A stretch of 64,000 nucleotides of DNA. Source: Candidatus Saccharimonadota bacterium. GTDB taxonomy: Bacteria > Patescibacteriota > Saccharimonadia > Saccharimonadales > Saccharimonadaceae. Every line of letters starts with the position of its first letter. The stretch's first letter is position 1. Below, piece after piece: positions 56,318 through 64,000 of the stretch. The notes under the pieces are model-generated. The model did not search any database. It was not told the DNA's origin and saw nothing but the letters and a program-made list of their open reading frames with translations. The stretch covers positions 134,930-198,929 of the forward strand of contig JAUMZP010000002.1 of assembly GCA_030528025.1 (NCBI GenBank). The letters run 5' to 3'. A program made the translations under genes and the position numbers.

Positions 56318-59300
56318 ATGCCAGATATAGACTTCGACGAACTCGACCGCGCGGTGCACGACCTCATGCGCCAGTCTGGTCAGCTGCCAGCAACGCAAGA
56401 CAAGCCGTCTGAAGCGCCTGCCGCCACACCAAGCAAAGATTCGACCTCATCAAGTATGCAAGCTGCATCGTCTCAACCAGCAGCGTCGGCAGCTACCTCA
56501 GCTCGTCCTGAGGTGAATGACGACGCGCAGGATACAAGCACGTCAAGCGCTCAGAGCGATACTTCGACAGATGCTGCACAGCAGGTGGACTCATCAGATG
56601 ATACAGTGTCAGCTAAGCAGTCACCCGCGCCAGCACCTCAGGATGATGCTGATAGTACCGATGAAACGGTGCAGACCGATGACGATACTGCAACCGCTGA
56701 CGCCAATTCTGATACCGATACAAATAGTGCGTCGGCTCGCCACCGTGGCGTGACAATTATGCCATTATCTCAGCAGGCGGACGGAGCGGAGCTAACAGGG
56801 GAGCCATATGAGCCAGTTGAGTCCGAGCCGGTTATTGACCATGCCCGGGCACTGTCGGAGTCGGTCGTTGCATCGGAGCGCGAACCAGCTTCGATGCCTG
56901 CTACGCCAGAGCAACCTGATACGGCATATAATGATATAGAGTTAGCCCAAACACCCTTTGTAGATATGGTAGCGCCAGTGCAGACAACGGCAGAAGATAC
57001 GCCATCACAGAGTCAGCCTGCAGCAGTTGTAACAGTCGATCCTGACGATATTATTACCCCTGCTAGCGATGACGACGATGAGAGCGACGACACATATACC
57101 GATCGAGCGCAGTTCTTTGGCCGGTCGGCAGCGCGGCCATTCTTTGCGCCGCCTCGTGCAGTAACGCCAGTGGACGATGTATCATCCACAACAGTTTCAG
57201 ACGTGTCAGCTCCTATGGTGGAGACAGATAACACTGGGCCATTAACCCAGAGCGATGGAGCAGTGAGTGACGAAACACCTGCTGTGGCTACGGAGGAAGA
57301 AGCGCCAGCAACGATCGACCAAGTTGAGTCAGAGACGCCAACAATGCCGTATCAGTTTGCAGGTGAAGATGCTGAGAGCGATGATGACGACGATGAAGCG
57401 CTTGCCGGCCGCCTCAATGAGGTGAACCACACGCAAGATGATGGGACTGAGCCAGCGCAAGTATCCGTTGTTGATGATCTCGATGACGCATTTGCTCCGC
57501 AACCACTTATCATTCCACCGCCCAAAGAGGAGGGTGATATGGCGCTGCCTCCTGCCAAGACAGTGGTAGAGCCAATGGATGATACACATACTACTGATGA
57601 TATACCAGCTGCCGCGTCGCAGGATGAGTCTGATAGTATAACCAACACGAGCAGCACTAATGACACTGACGACAATCATTTGCTCTATGCACCAGAAACA
57701 CCGGCAAACACAGATGTGCCAGCAGTGTTGAGTAGTAGCGATGCTTCTGATACTGAGACAGTGCAGCCACTGAACCAGCCGCTCAAGGGGCCGGCCTGGC
57801 CCGAATTGCAATACGATGAGCCGGATGGCACGCCAGATGTGCAAGCCCCTGATGGAGACCATACTGCACCTATGTGGCCAGAGGTAGTAGCAGAAAATAC
57901 GAGCGCTGTGGATGATAGCCAGACGGCGGCCCAAGCAGTTGATGCGAGTGTGCCAAGCGAGTATGAATCGTTTGATAGTGAGAGTAGCTCCTGGGTTGAG
58001 CCCACCACTGTGCCAGGTCAACCACAGGCAGGCGATATCGCTCCTGCAGAATTGTTGACGGCTGAGCACACTATGCCTGATGTAGCAGCAGACAATGACA
58101 GCCCATTGCCACAGCCAAAGGAAGTGCTTGCTGAGGATGCTATGCCAGAAGCTCGCGTCGATCGCCCATTGCCACTCCTTAGTACATATAATGAGCACCG
58201 GGCAGCTCCTGAGCCACACGTTGATACCCCACCGTTGTCTGATTCGCAAGAGGAAGCGAATGCCATTGATGTAACTGATGCCGCTCAGAATACGAATGAT
58301 ATTGCGCAAGGCATGACAGATATGCAATTGCTGGATACTCCTGATGACCAAGCAGAACAGCCATATGCACCCGCTGCACCACTGTTTGCCCCAGCCGATG
58401 ATGTTGTATCTAAGGCGCAGCAGATTATTGCTGCTCGCCCTGAGGTATCCGCCAATAATACACCAACACTTCCGCAAGAAGAGGAAGACGCGCCGAAGAA
58501 TGCGCCCGATGTCGTGCCAATTACGCTTTCTCAGTCAGCCGACCAACAGACTGAGCCATCGGTTGCCGATGCACCAGCTGTGCATGCTGTAGACGAGACA
58601 GCACCAGCCGAGTCAAATGATGATCAAGCAGCCGCTTCAGCTATACAGCGTCCGCGTGGTCGCTTTATGGATATTGTGGGCGGAGCAGCCCCGGTTGCTG
58701 CAGCCGCCCAAACGGCTCGCCCGCGAGTGCGCCGCCAAGGTGCGGTGGTTGAGCCACTAACAAGTAGCGCACCAGTGGTGGGTATGGATATTCGTCCTGT
58801 ACCTGGCCACGAGCCAGCGCAGCATCACATAGGAGCAGCCCCAGATACTCCAACAGGTGATAACGCTAAAGTATCGGATGTAGCAACGCCTGATGTGGCG
58901 CTATCTGCAGATGCGCTTGACCTCCAGCCTGGTGATGAAAAGCCGCTTGGCTACACACCATTCTTGCCTGATGCCGAGACCAAGGTAGATAAGCGTCCGC
59001 TCGGTGGTGCCGACACGCTGGTGGGTAATGCGCCAACTTTGGCTGATACTGCTCCGATGGGGATGTATCATGATGAACCTGGTGTATTTGGCATGGCTCC
59101 AGCTGATAATAACGAGCCAGTGGTACCGTCGCATCTCTTTGCGCCGCATGATGAGCATGCCTCGGCTGAGCAATTCATCGATGCACTGACAGACACAAGC
59201 GAGAATGCGCCATCACTCTATCCGGCCGATCACTACCCACTACCTGAGCAAGACACGCCAGAGACTGCCACGCCGGATGATGAGCCCATGTACCAGCTAG

Positions 59301-59794
59301 AGGATCACTATGGTGCTGACCGGTCGCTCTACCCAGATGAACCAGCCGACTCTCATGAGACATCAGCCGATGGAGCAGGACCGCAGTTTGCAGAGGATGA
59401 GATTGACCTGAGTCTGCCTGTGCCTGGCCCTGGTGAGCCAGATATCGACTACTACGGCGAAGCAGAGCGAGTCGAAGCCGAGCCAATGACGGTGGAGACT
59501 GAGTGGGATAATGAGCCAGACACGAGCGACCAAGCACACGTCAATACCATCGAAGAAGCGGCTGCCACCACCCAAAATGGTGATACTGCGCTCGCCCTCC
59601 ACCAAGCACTTCAGGAAGAGAACGAAGGCAATGTGGTCGCACCAATCTACAGTGCTGAAGAATTTACTCGCGCACCGAAAAAGTCGCGCCGCCGTCCCGA
59701 ACAAGCTGCTGGCTGGATTTGGCTGCTGTGGATCGTCATGTTACTGGCGCTTGGTGCTGGTCTTGGCGCAGTCTATTACACACTCTTTACCTAG
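56318..59794 (+). CDS. Giant (1158 aa) hyper-acidic, low-complexity protein with a single C-terminal TM anchor
   Basis: Uninterrupted ORF with SD sequence AAAGGAAA. Asp/Glu/Ala/Pro/Thr/Ser dominate and Lys/Arg are nearly absent until '...RAPKKSRRRPEQAAGWIWLLWIVMLLALGAGLGAVYYTLFT*'. Confidence 0.8.
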   Translation: MPDIDFDELDRAVHDLMRQSGQLPATQDKPSEAPAATPSKDSTSSSMQAASSQPAASAATSARPEVNDDAQDTSTSSAQSDTSTDAAQQVDSSDDTVSAKQSPAPAPQDDADSTDETVQTDDDTATADANSDTDTNSASARHRGVTIMPLSQQADGAELTGEPYEPVESEPVIDHARALSESVVASEREPASMPATPEQPDTAYNDIELAQTPFVDMVAPVQTTAEDTPSQSQPAAVVTVDPDDIITPASDDDDESDDTYTDRAQFFGRSAARPFFAPPRAVTPVDDVSSTTVSDVSAPMVETDNTGPLTQSDGAVSDETPAVATEEEAPATIDQVESETPTMPYQFAGEDAESDDDDDEALAGRLNEVNHTQDDGTEPAQVSVVDDLDDAFAPQPLIIPPPKEEGDMALPPAKTVVEPMDDTHTTDDIPAAASQDESDSITNTSSTNDTDDNHLLYAPETPANTDVPAVLSSSDASDTETVQPLNQPLKGPAWPELQYDEPDGTPDVQAPDGDHTAPMWPEVVAENTSAVDDSQTAAQAVDASVPSEYESFDSESSSWVEPTTVPGQPQAGDIAPAELLTAEHTMPDVAADNDSPLPQPKEVLAEDAMPEARVDRPLPLLSTYNEHRAAPEPHVDTPPLSDSQEEANAIDVTDAAQNTNDIAQGMTDMQLLDTPDDQAEQPYAPAAPLFAPADDVVSKAQQIIAARPEVSANNTPTLPQEEEDAPKNAPDVVPITLSQSADQQTEPSVADAPAVHAVDETAPAESNDDQAAASAIQRPRGRFMDIVGGAAPVAAAAQTARPRVRRQGAVVEPLTSSAPVVGMDIRPVPGHEPAQHHIGAAPDTPTGDNAKVSDVATPDVALSADALDLQPGDEKPLGYTPFLPDAETKVDKRPLGGADTLVGNAPTLADTAPMGMYHDEPGVFGMAPADNNEPVVPSHLFAPHDEHASAEQFIDALTDTSENAPSLYPADHYPLPEQDTPETATPDDEPMYQLEDHYGADRSLYPDEPADSHETSADGAGPQFAEDEIDLSLPVPGPGEPDIDYYGEAERVEAEPMTVETEWDNEPDTSDQAHVNTIEEAAATTQNGDTALALHQALQEENEGNVVAPIYSAEEFTRAPKKSRRRPEQAAGWIWLLWIVMLLALGAGLGAVYYTLFT

Positions 59795-59829
59795 CGTCAG
59801 TGTGATGACATCCGGTATAATAGGCTACT

Positions 59830-61980
59830 ATGGATGATATACTCAATGGATTAAATGACGCCCAGCGTTCGGCAGTGGTTGCATCTGATGGCCCGGTCCT
59901 AATTCTTGCAGGGGCGGGTAGTGGCAAGACAAAAACGCTCACACACCGCATTGCTTACCTCCTGACCGAGCAGGGCGTCTGGCCGAATGAAGTCTTGGCT
60001 GTTACCTTCACTAACAAGGCAGCTCGCGAGATGCGCCAGCGCCTCTGGCAGATTGCTGGGCACACCCAGGCAAGCTCGCCTCACATGTCCCAAACCGACC
60101 AACCACCTCGCTCCTTTATGCCATGGATGGGGACATTCCATGGCATTTGTGTGCGGATTTTGCGGCGTGATGGTGCGGCCATCAGCATTCCACCTAATTT
60201 CGTGATTTATGACGAAGACGACCGTCAAGGGCTCATCAAACAAGCGATGAAGCAGCTCTCTATTGGTACGGACAGGCTTAAACCACGTGCTGCCAGTGCA
60301 GCCATTAGCAAAGCTAAGAATCAACTCCTCTCGCCCAGTGACTATGCGGCTAGTGCGCGGTTTCCCTTCCAGCAGGCAGTGGCAGAGATCTACCAGCTGT
60401 ATGAGCAGCTGCTGGCTGATGCAGGTGCGCTCGATTTTGATGACCTCTTGCTCGAGACGGTACGCCTCCTGCGAGACCACTCGGTGGTGCGTCAGCGCTA
60501 CCAGACGCAGTTTAAGCATATTCTCGTTGACGAGTATCAGGACACAAATGCTGCGCAGTATCAGATCATCAAGCTGCTCGTAAACCCACGCCGCAATATC
60601 TGCGTGGTAGGAGATGACTGGCAGTCGATCTATAGCTGGCGTGGCGCAGATTTTACGAATATTCTCAACTTCGAGCGCGATTTCCCGGGGGCGCTGGTGG
60701 TGAAGCTTGAGCAAAATTATCGCTCGACAGGGGCCATTCTCGAAGCTGCTGGCAATGTGATTAACAAAAATCAGCAGCGGACGGATAAAACCCTCTGGAC
60801 GGCAGCAGGCCCAGGTGCGCCAGTGCACGTACAAGCTGCCTATGATGAGGCAGAGGAGGCATATACCATTGCGAGCCAGATTGCTACGCAGGTGGCGACC
60901 GGTGAGCGCGACTATAGCGACTTTGCTGTCCTGTACCGCACCAATGCACAGAGCTATGCCTTTGAGCGAGCGTTCAACCAGCACCACGTGCCGTACCAGT
61001 TGGTTGGTGGAGTACGATTTTATGATCGTAAGGAGATTAAGGATATCTTGGCCTATCTGCGTCTTATCTACCAGCCAAATGACCGTGTGAGTTTTAGTCG
61101 GATCGCTAATGTACCAACGCGGGGGATTGGAACAACGAGCCTAGAGAAATTCCTTATCTGGCAGGGCACTAGTGGGCTCGATATCATTAGTGCGCTGGTT
61201 AATGCCAGCCAGGTAGCGACACTGACGAAGCGGGCGCAGACTACCCTGACGCAGCTGGGCCAGTTGTTACGCGGCTTCCAAGCGCAGGTCGAGGCTGCGG
61301 CTGATCCAAGTCAACTGATTGATGATGTGATTACTAAGACGGGCTACCGCAATTATATCCTTGATGGCTCGCCTCAGGCTGATGACCGCGAGGCTAACCT
61401 CAGTGCGTTATTGTCTGATGCGCAGGCCTTTGTCAGCATGCCAGACTTTCTTGAGGAAGTTGCGCTTATGTCTTCGGCCGACCAAGCGACGGGTGCGCAC
61501 AGCGTGACGCTTATGACGCTCCACGCTGCCAAGGGGCTAGAGTTTCCAGTGGTATATATGGTGGGGCTTGAGGACGGCCTGTTTCCCAGTGCCAGGGCAC
61601 TCGAGGAGGGGGCATCCGCACTCGAAGAGGAGCGTCGTCTCTGTTATGTCGGGATGACACGCGCTCGGCAGGAGCTCTATATGAGCTATGCGCAGAGTCG
61701 CTTGCAATTTGGTAGCCGCAGCTACAACAGCCCATCACGCTTTCTCGACGATATGGGCATGAGCCTGTCGATGGTGCATACCGAACCAGCTACACCAGTG
61801 TATGACGACGCGTTAGATGAGGTCATGCCGTATGAGATTGGCGATATGGTACGGTCGCTCCAGTTTGGTGATGGTGAGGTGATCGACATCGATGGCATGG
61901 CAGTGAGTGTGCGCTTTACAAATGGCTCTACCAAGAAGCTCAATGTGCAGTATGCCCGCCTTGAGAAAATTACTCCCTAG
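59830..61980 (+). CDS. pcrA: ATP-dependent DNA helicase PcrA/UvrD
   Basis: 'LILAGAGSGKTKTLTHRIAYL', 'VDEYQDTN', 'VTLMTLHAAKGLEFPVVYMVGLEDGLFP', 716 aa. Confidence 0.92.
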   Translation: MDDILNGLNDAQRSAVVASDGPVLILAGAGSGKTKTLTHRIAYLLTEQGVWPNEVLAVTFTNKAAREMRQRLWQIAGHTQASSPHMSQTDQPPRSFMPWMGTFHGICVRILRRDGAAISIPPNFVIYDEDDRQGLIKQAMKQLSIGTDRLKPRAASAAISKAKNQLLSPSDYAASARFPFQQAVAEIYQLYEQLLADAGALDFDDLLLETVRLLRDHSVVRQRYQTQFKHILVDEYQDTNAAQYQIIKLLVNPRRNICVVGDDWQSIYSWRGADFTNILNFERDFPGALVVKLEQNYRSTGAILEAAGNVINKNQQRTDKTLWTAAGPGAPVHVQAAYDEAEEAYTIASQIATQVATGERDYSDFAVLYRTNAQSYAFERAFNQHHVPYQLVGGVRFYDRKEIKDILAYLRLIYQPNDRVSFSRIANVPTRGIGTTSLEKFLIWQGTSGLDIISALVNASQVATLTKRAQTTLTQLGQLLRGFQAQVEAAADPSQLIDDVITKTGYRNYILDGSPQADDREANLSALLSDAQAFVSMPDFLEEVALMSSADQATGAHSVTLMTLHAAKGLEFPVVYMVGLEDGLFPSARALEEGASALEEERRLCYVGMTRARQELYMSYAQSRLQFGSRSYNSPSRFLDDMGMSLSMVHTEPATPVYDDALDEVMPYEIGDMVRSLQFGDGEVIDIDGMAVSVRFTNGSTKKLNVQYARLEKITP

Positions 61981-62004
61981 AATTGCCCGCCATCGGCCAA
62001 AAAA

Positions 62005-62013
62005 TGCTATACT
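62005..62013 (+). promoter_or_regulatory. Extended -10 box TGCTATACT, 6 nt upstream of the murE ATG (leaderless)
   Basis: TGnTATAcT. ATG at 62020. Confidence 0.45.
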
Positions 62014-62019
62014 AAAAAA

Positions 62020-63315
62020 ATGAAAAACACACTTGTAAAGCAGCTGCGTCGCCTCTTACCCGCAGCAATGATCCACACTCTTGAAGAAGCATATCGGCGG
62101 AGCCGCATTGCCCTGGTGGCAGCCCGCTATGGCAACCCGGCCAAGCATCTGCGCGTTATTGCTGTGACGGGCACGAATGGTAAAACGACCACCGTTAACT
62201 ATATCAATGAGATCCTTAAGGCGAGTGGCCGCCATACAGCAATGTTCTCCACGGCACTGATCGAGGTGGCAGGTCAGCGCCAGCTCAACGATCTCAATGC
62301 GACAGTCGGCTCTACCGCGCGGATGCAGCAGTTCTTTGCCGAGGCTAAGCGAGCCAATGTGGACTTCGTCGTGTTAGAAATTACCAGTCACGCACTTGAT
62401 CAACATAAGCTTGATGGTGTGCCAATTGAAGTTGCAGTCATGACTAACCTCACCCAAGACCACCTCGACTACCATAAGACGATGGAGCGCTATGCCGCCG
62501 CCAAGGGCAAACTCTTTGCCCGGAAGCCGCGCTTTATTGTGCTCAACCGTGATGACGAATGGTTTCCATTCTTTGACAAGTACACGGCGCGTGAGCAGAA
62601 GATTACCTATGGTCAAGATGCAGCTGCCACAGCTCGGATTACGCAGGCAGCGACTCGTAAAGTGGGTGGCAGCGCAACGGTGCTTCTTGGTGATGCGACA
62701 AAGCTACCACTTACAACACATCTTCCAGGGATATTTAATATTTACAATATGACAGCTGCAGCGGCTGCTTGCCAATTGCTGGGCGTGGTGCCAGCGGGCA
62801 TTGCCCGGGGCGTGGCTAACCTAACTGGCGTGCCAGGGCGCTTCGAGCGTGTACCGGTGGATACGCCATACGATGTGGTAGTCGATTATGCCCACACCCC
62901 TGATGCACTTGAGAAGCTACTGACCTCAGCGCGGGCTATCACCAAGCGGCGTATCATCTTGGTCTTTGGTGCGACGGGCGATCGCGACAAAGCGAAGCGA
63001 CCCATCATGGGTGAGATTGCTGCTCGCCTGGCTGACCAAATCATCGTAACTGACGAGGAGAGCTACAACGAAGAGCCAGCTGGCATCCGCCAGGCAATCC
63101 TGCGCGGCATTCACCAGGCTGGTGGGGCAAACCACACCAACGAGATTGCCGACCGGCGCGAGGCCATTGCCCAGGCGCTAGCTATTGCTCAGGCGGGCGA
63201 TACCATTCTTATCACTGGTATGGGCCATGAACAATTCCGCATCATTAATGGTCAGCGCCAACCATGGAATGACGCAGCAGTGGTGCGAAGTTTGGTTGCT
63301 GAGCATAAGCAGTAG
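62020..63315 (+). CDS. murE: Mur ligase, MurE-like (UDP-MurNAc-L-Ala-D-Glu:diamino-acid ligase) with a non-canonical specificity motif
   Basis: 'VIAVTGTNGKTTT', 'LEITSHAL', 'LTQDHLDYHKT', 'GATGDRDKAKRP' and 'ITGMGHEQF'. 'EESY' occupies the position of the DNPR/DNPA motif. Confidence 0.8.
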   Translation: MKNTLVKQLRRLLPAAMIHTLEEAYRRSRIALVAARYGNPAKHLRVIAVTGTNGKTTTVNYINEILKASGRHTAMFSTALIEVAGQRQLNDLNATVGSTARMQQFFAEAKRANVDFVVLEITSHALDQHKLDGVPIEVAVMTNLTQDHLDYHKTMERYAAAKGKLFARKPRFIVLNRDDEWFPFFDKYTAREQKITYGQDAAATARITQAATRKVGGSATVLLGDATKLPLTTHLPGIFNIYNMTAAAAACQLLGVVPAGIARGVANLTGVPGRFERVPVDTPYDVVVDYAHTPDALEKLLTSARAITKRRIILVFGATGDRDKAKRPIMGEIAARLADQIIVTDEESYNEEPAGIRQAILRGIHQAGGANHTNEIADRREAIAQALAIAQAGDTILITGMGHEQFRIINGQRQPWNDAAVVRSLVAEHKQ

Positions 63316-63431
63316 CGGCATTCTGACCCCTGATATAGTGAGGTTTCGAGGAGAGTTCTTCCGAGCTATCCACTAGCTTTTTTACCCACATTTTGCTATA
63401 CTACATCGTAGCGTATATTGTTACGCAGATT

Positions 63432-64000
63432 ATGATACAGTCTATTCCATTTTTGAAATTTCTCTTGCCACGCAATCTTGCTATCGCTGGTATGGTTGCA
63501 CTAGTTGGTATTGGTCTATGGCGGATTCCGTCCGTCCATGCAGCGTCGCGCCAGCCAGGTAGTGGCGAGCATATCATCACAGTGCACGAAGGTACGGCCA
63601 AGCGCGGGTTCTACACCAAGGCGACTACCTTGCGTGATGCGTTGCGTGAGGCAAATGTGCGGCTTGACGACAAAGATCGCACCGAGCCCGAGCTTGATAC
63701 ACCACTGGAGAGCGCCTCGTACGAAGTAAATATCTATCGAGCGCGGCCAGTGGTGATCCGCGATGGCGGGGCAGATACGAAGCTTATTACCGCTTATCGC
63801 ACAGGCAAGCAGATTGCTGAGCAGGCGGGTATTCCACTGCACGATGAAGACCAAGCGGTGCTGGCTCGCTCGCGCGATATTATTGCTGATGGGGCGGCAG
63901 AGGTGATGACAATCCGCCGCGCAACGCCCTTTACGCTTGTATTTTATGGCAAAACCATCCAGGCATACACGATGGAGAAGACGGTCGGTGCAATGCTCAA
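63432..64000 (+). CDS. DUF348-domain (YabE-like) cell-wall-associated protein, 5' partial; it runs off the window end
   Basis: N-terminal TM, then DUF348-like repeats 'ITVHEGTAKRGFYTKATTLRDALREANVRLDDKDRTEPELDTPLESASYEVNIYRARPVVI' and '...TIQAYTMEKTVGAML'. No stop codon before position 64000. Confidence 0.6.
   Translation, partial: MIQSIPFLKFLLPRNLAIAGMVALVGIGLWRIPSVHAASRQPGSGEHIITVHEGTAKRGFYTKATTLRDALREANVRLDDKDRTEPELDTPLESASYEVNIYRARPVVIRDGGADTKLITAYRTGKQIAEQAGIPLHDEDQAVLARSRDIIADGAAEVMTIRRATPFTLVFYGKTIQAYTMEKTVGAML

Noticed and set aside
57329-58477. 382-aa minus-strand ORF (plus several other ORFs in both orientations) inside the acidic giant gene
   Set aside because: These are artefacts of low-complexity GAT/GAA/GCN-rich sequence. 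The plus-strand 1158-aa ORF has an SD sequence and a coherent terminal TM. The antisense translations are Cys/Trp/Ser-rich nonsense.
59899-60987. 362-aa antisense ORF within pcrA/uvrD
   Set aside because: It overlaps a helicase gene with all the canonical motifs on the plus strand. It has no motif, SD sequence or promoter of its own.
1-64000. CRISPR arrays, IS elements/transposases, integrases, rRNA genes and alternative genetic code (UGA recoding)
   Set aside because: No repeat-spacer periodicity, transposase or integrase motifs, or rRNA-like sequence was seen. ORFs over 1000 aa are intact under the standard code, so recoding is not supported.

Overview
The window is a 64 kb, densely coding bacterial chromosome segment of roughly 50% GC, with about 60 supported genes on both strands and six tRNAs. 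No CRISPR array, IS element or integrase was seen. Standard genetic code; ORFs over 1000 aa are intact. It encodes four type IV prepilins. Envelope genes include Gram-positive-type wall functions (an LCP ligase, a lytic transglycosylase, signal peptidase I and HtrA), peptidoglycan enzymes (HTH-fused MurA, MurB and an unusual MurE) and a complete Wzx/Wzy polysaccharide locus with a pyruvyltransferase and VanZ. Housekeeping genes include one-carbon enzymes (GlyA, FolD), CysS, NrnA, YbaB-RecR, pyruvate kinase and a PcrA/UvrD helicase. Other genes are a soluble two-component pair, a Ca-type P-type ATPase, an AI-2E transporter, a compositionally foreign GH5 beta-glucanase-like gene beside a tRNA, and a T4SS-type ATPase followed by parAB. 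Many small acidic ORFs have no assignable function. The gene content, small overlapping genes and promoter style fit a reduced-genome epibiont-like organism such as Candidatus Saccharibacteria/Patescibacteria, but that is an inference and not proven here. The most interesting candidates are: (i) a 1158-aa extremely acidic, disordered, C-terminally tail-anchored protein; (ii) a T4SS-type ATPase with a 400-aa N-terminal extension and a basic K/P/T-rich tail, next to an AdoMetDC homolog with its catalytic Ser replaced by Ala and to parAB, all downstream of tRNA-Gln; (iii) an XRE-HTH fused to MurA; (iv) four uncharacterised acidic proteins translationally coupled to cysS; (v) TGCTATAAT-type extended -10 boxes 6-14 nt upstream of many start codons, implying widespread leaderless mRNAs.
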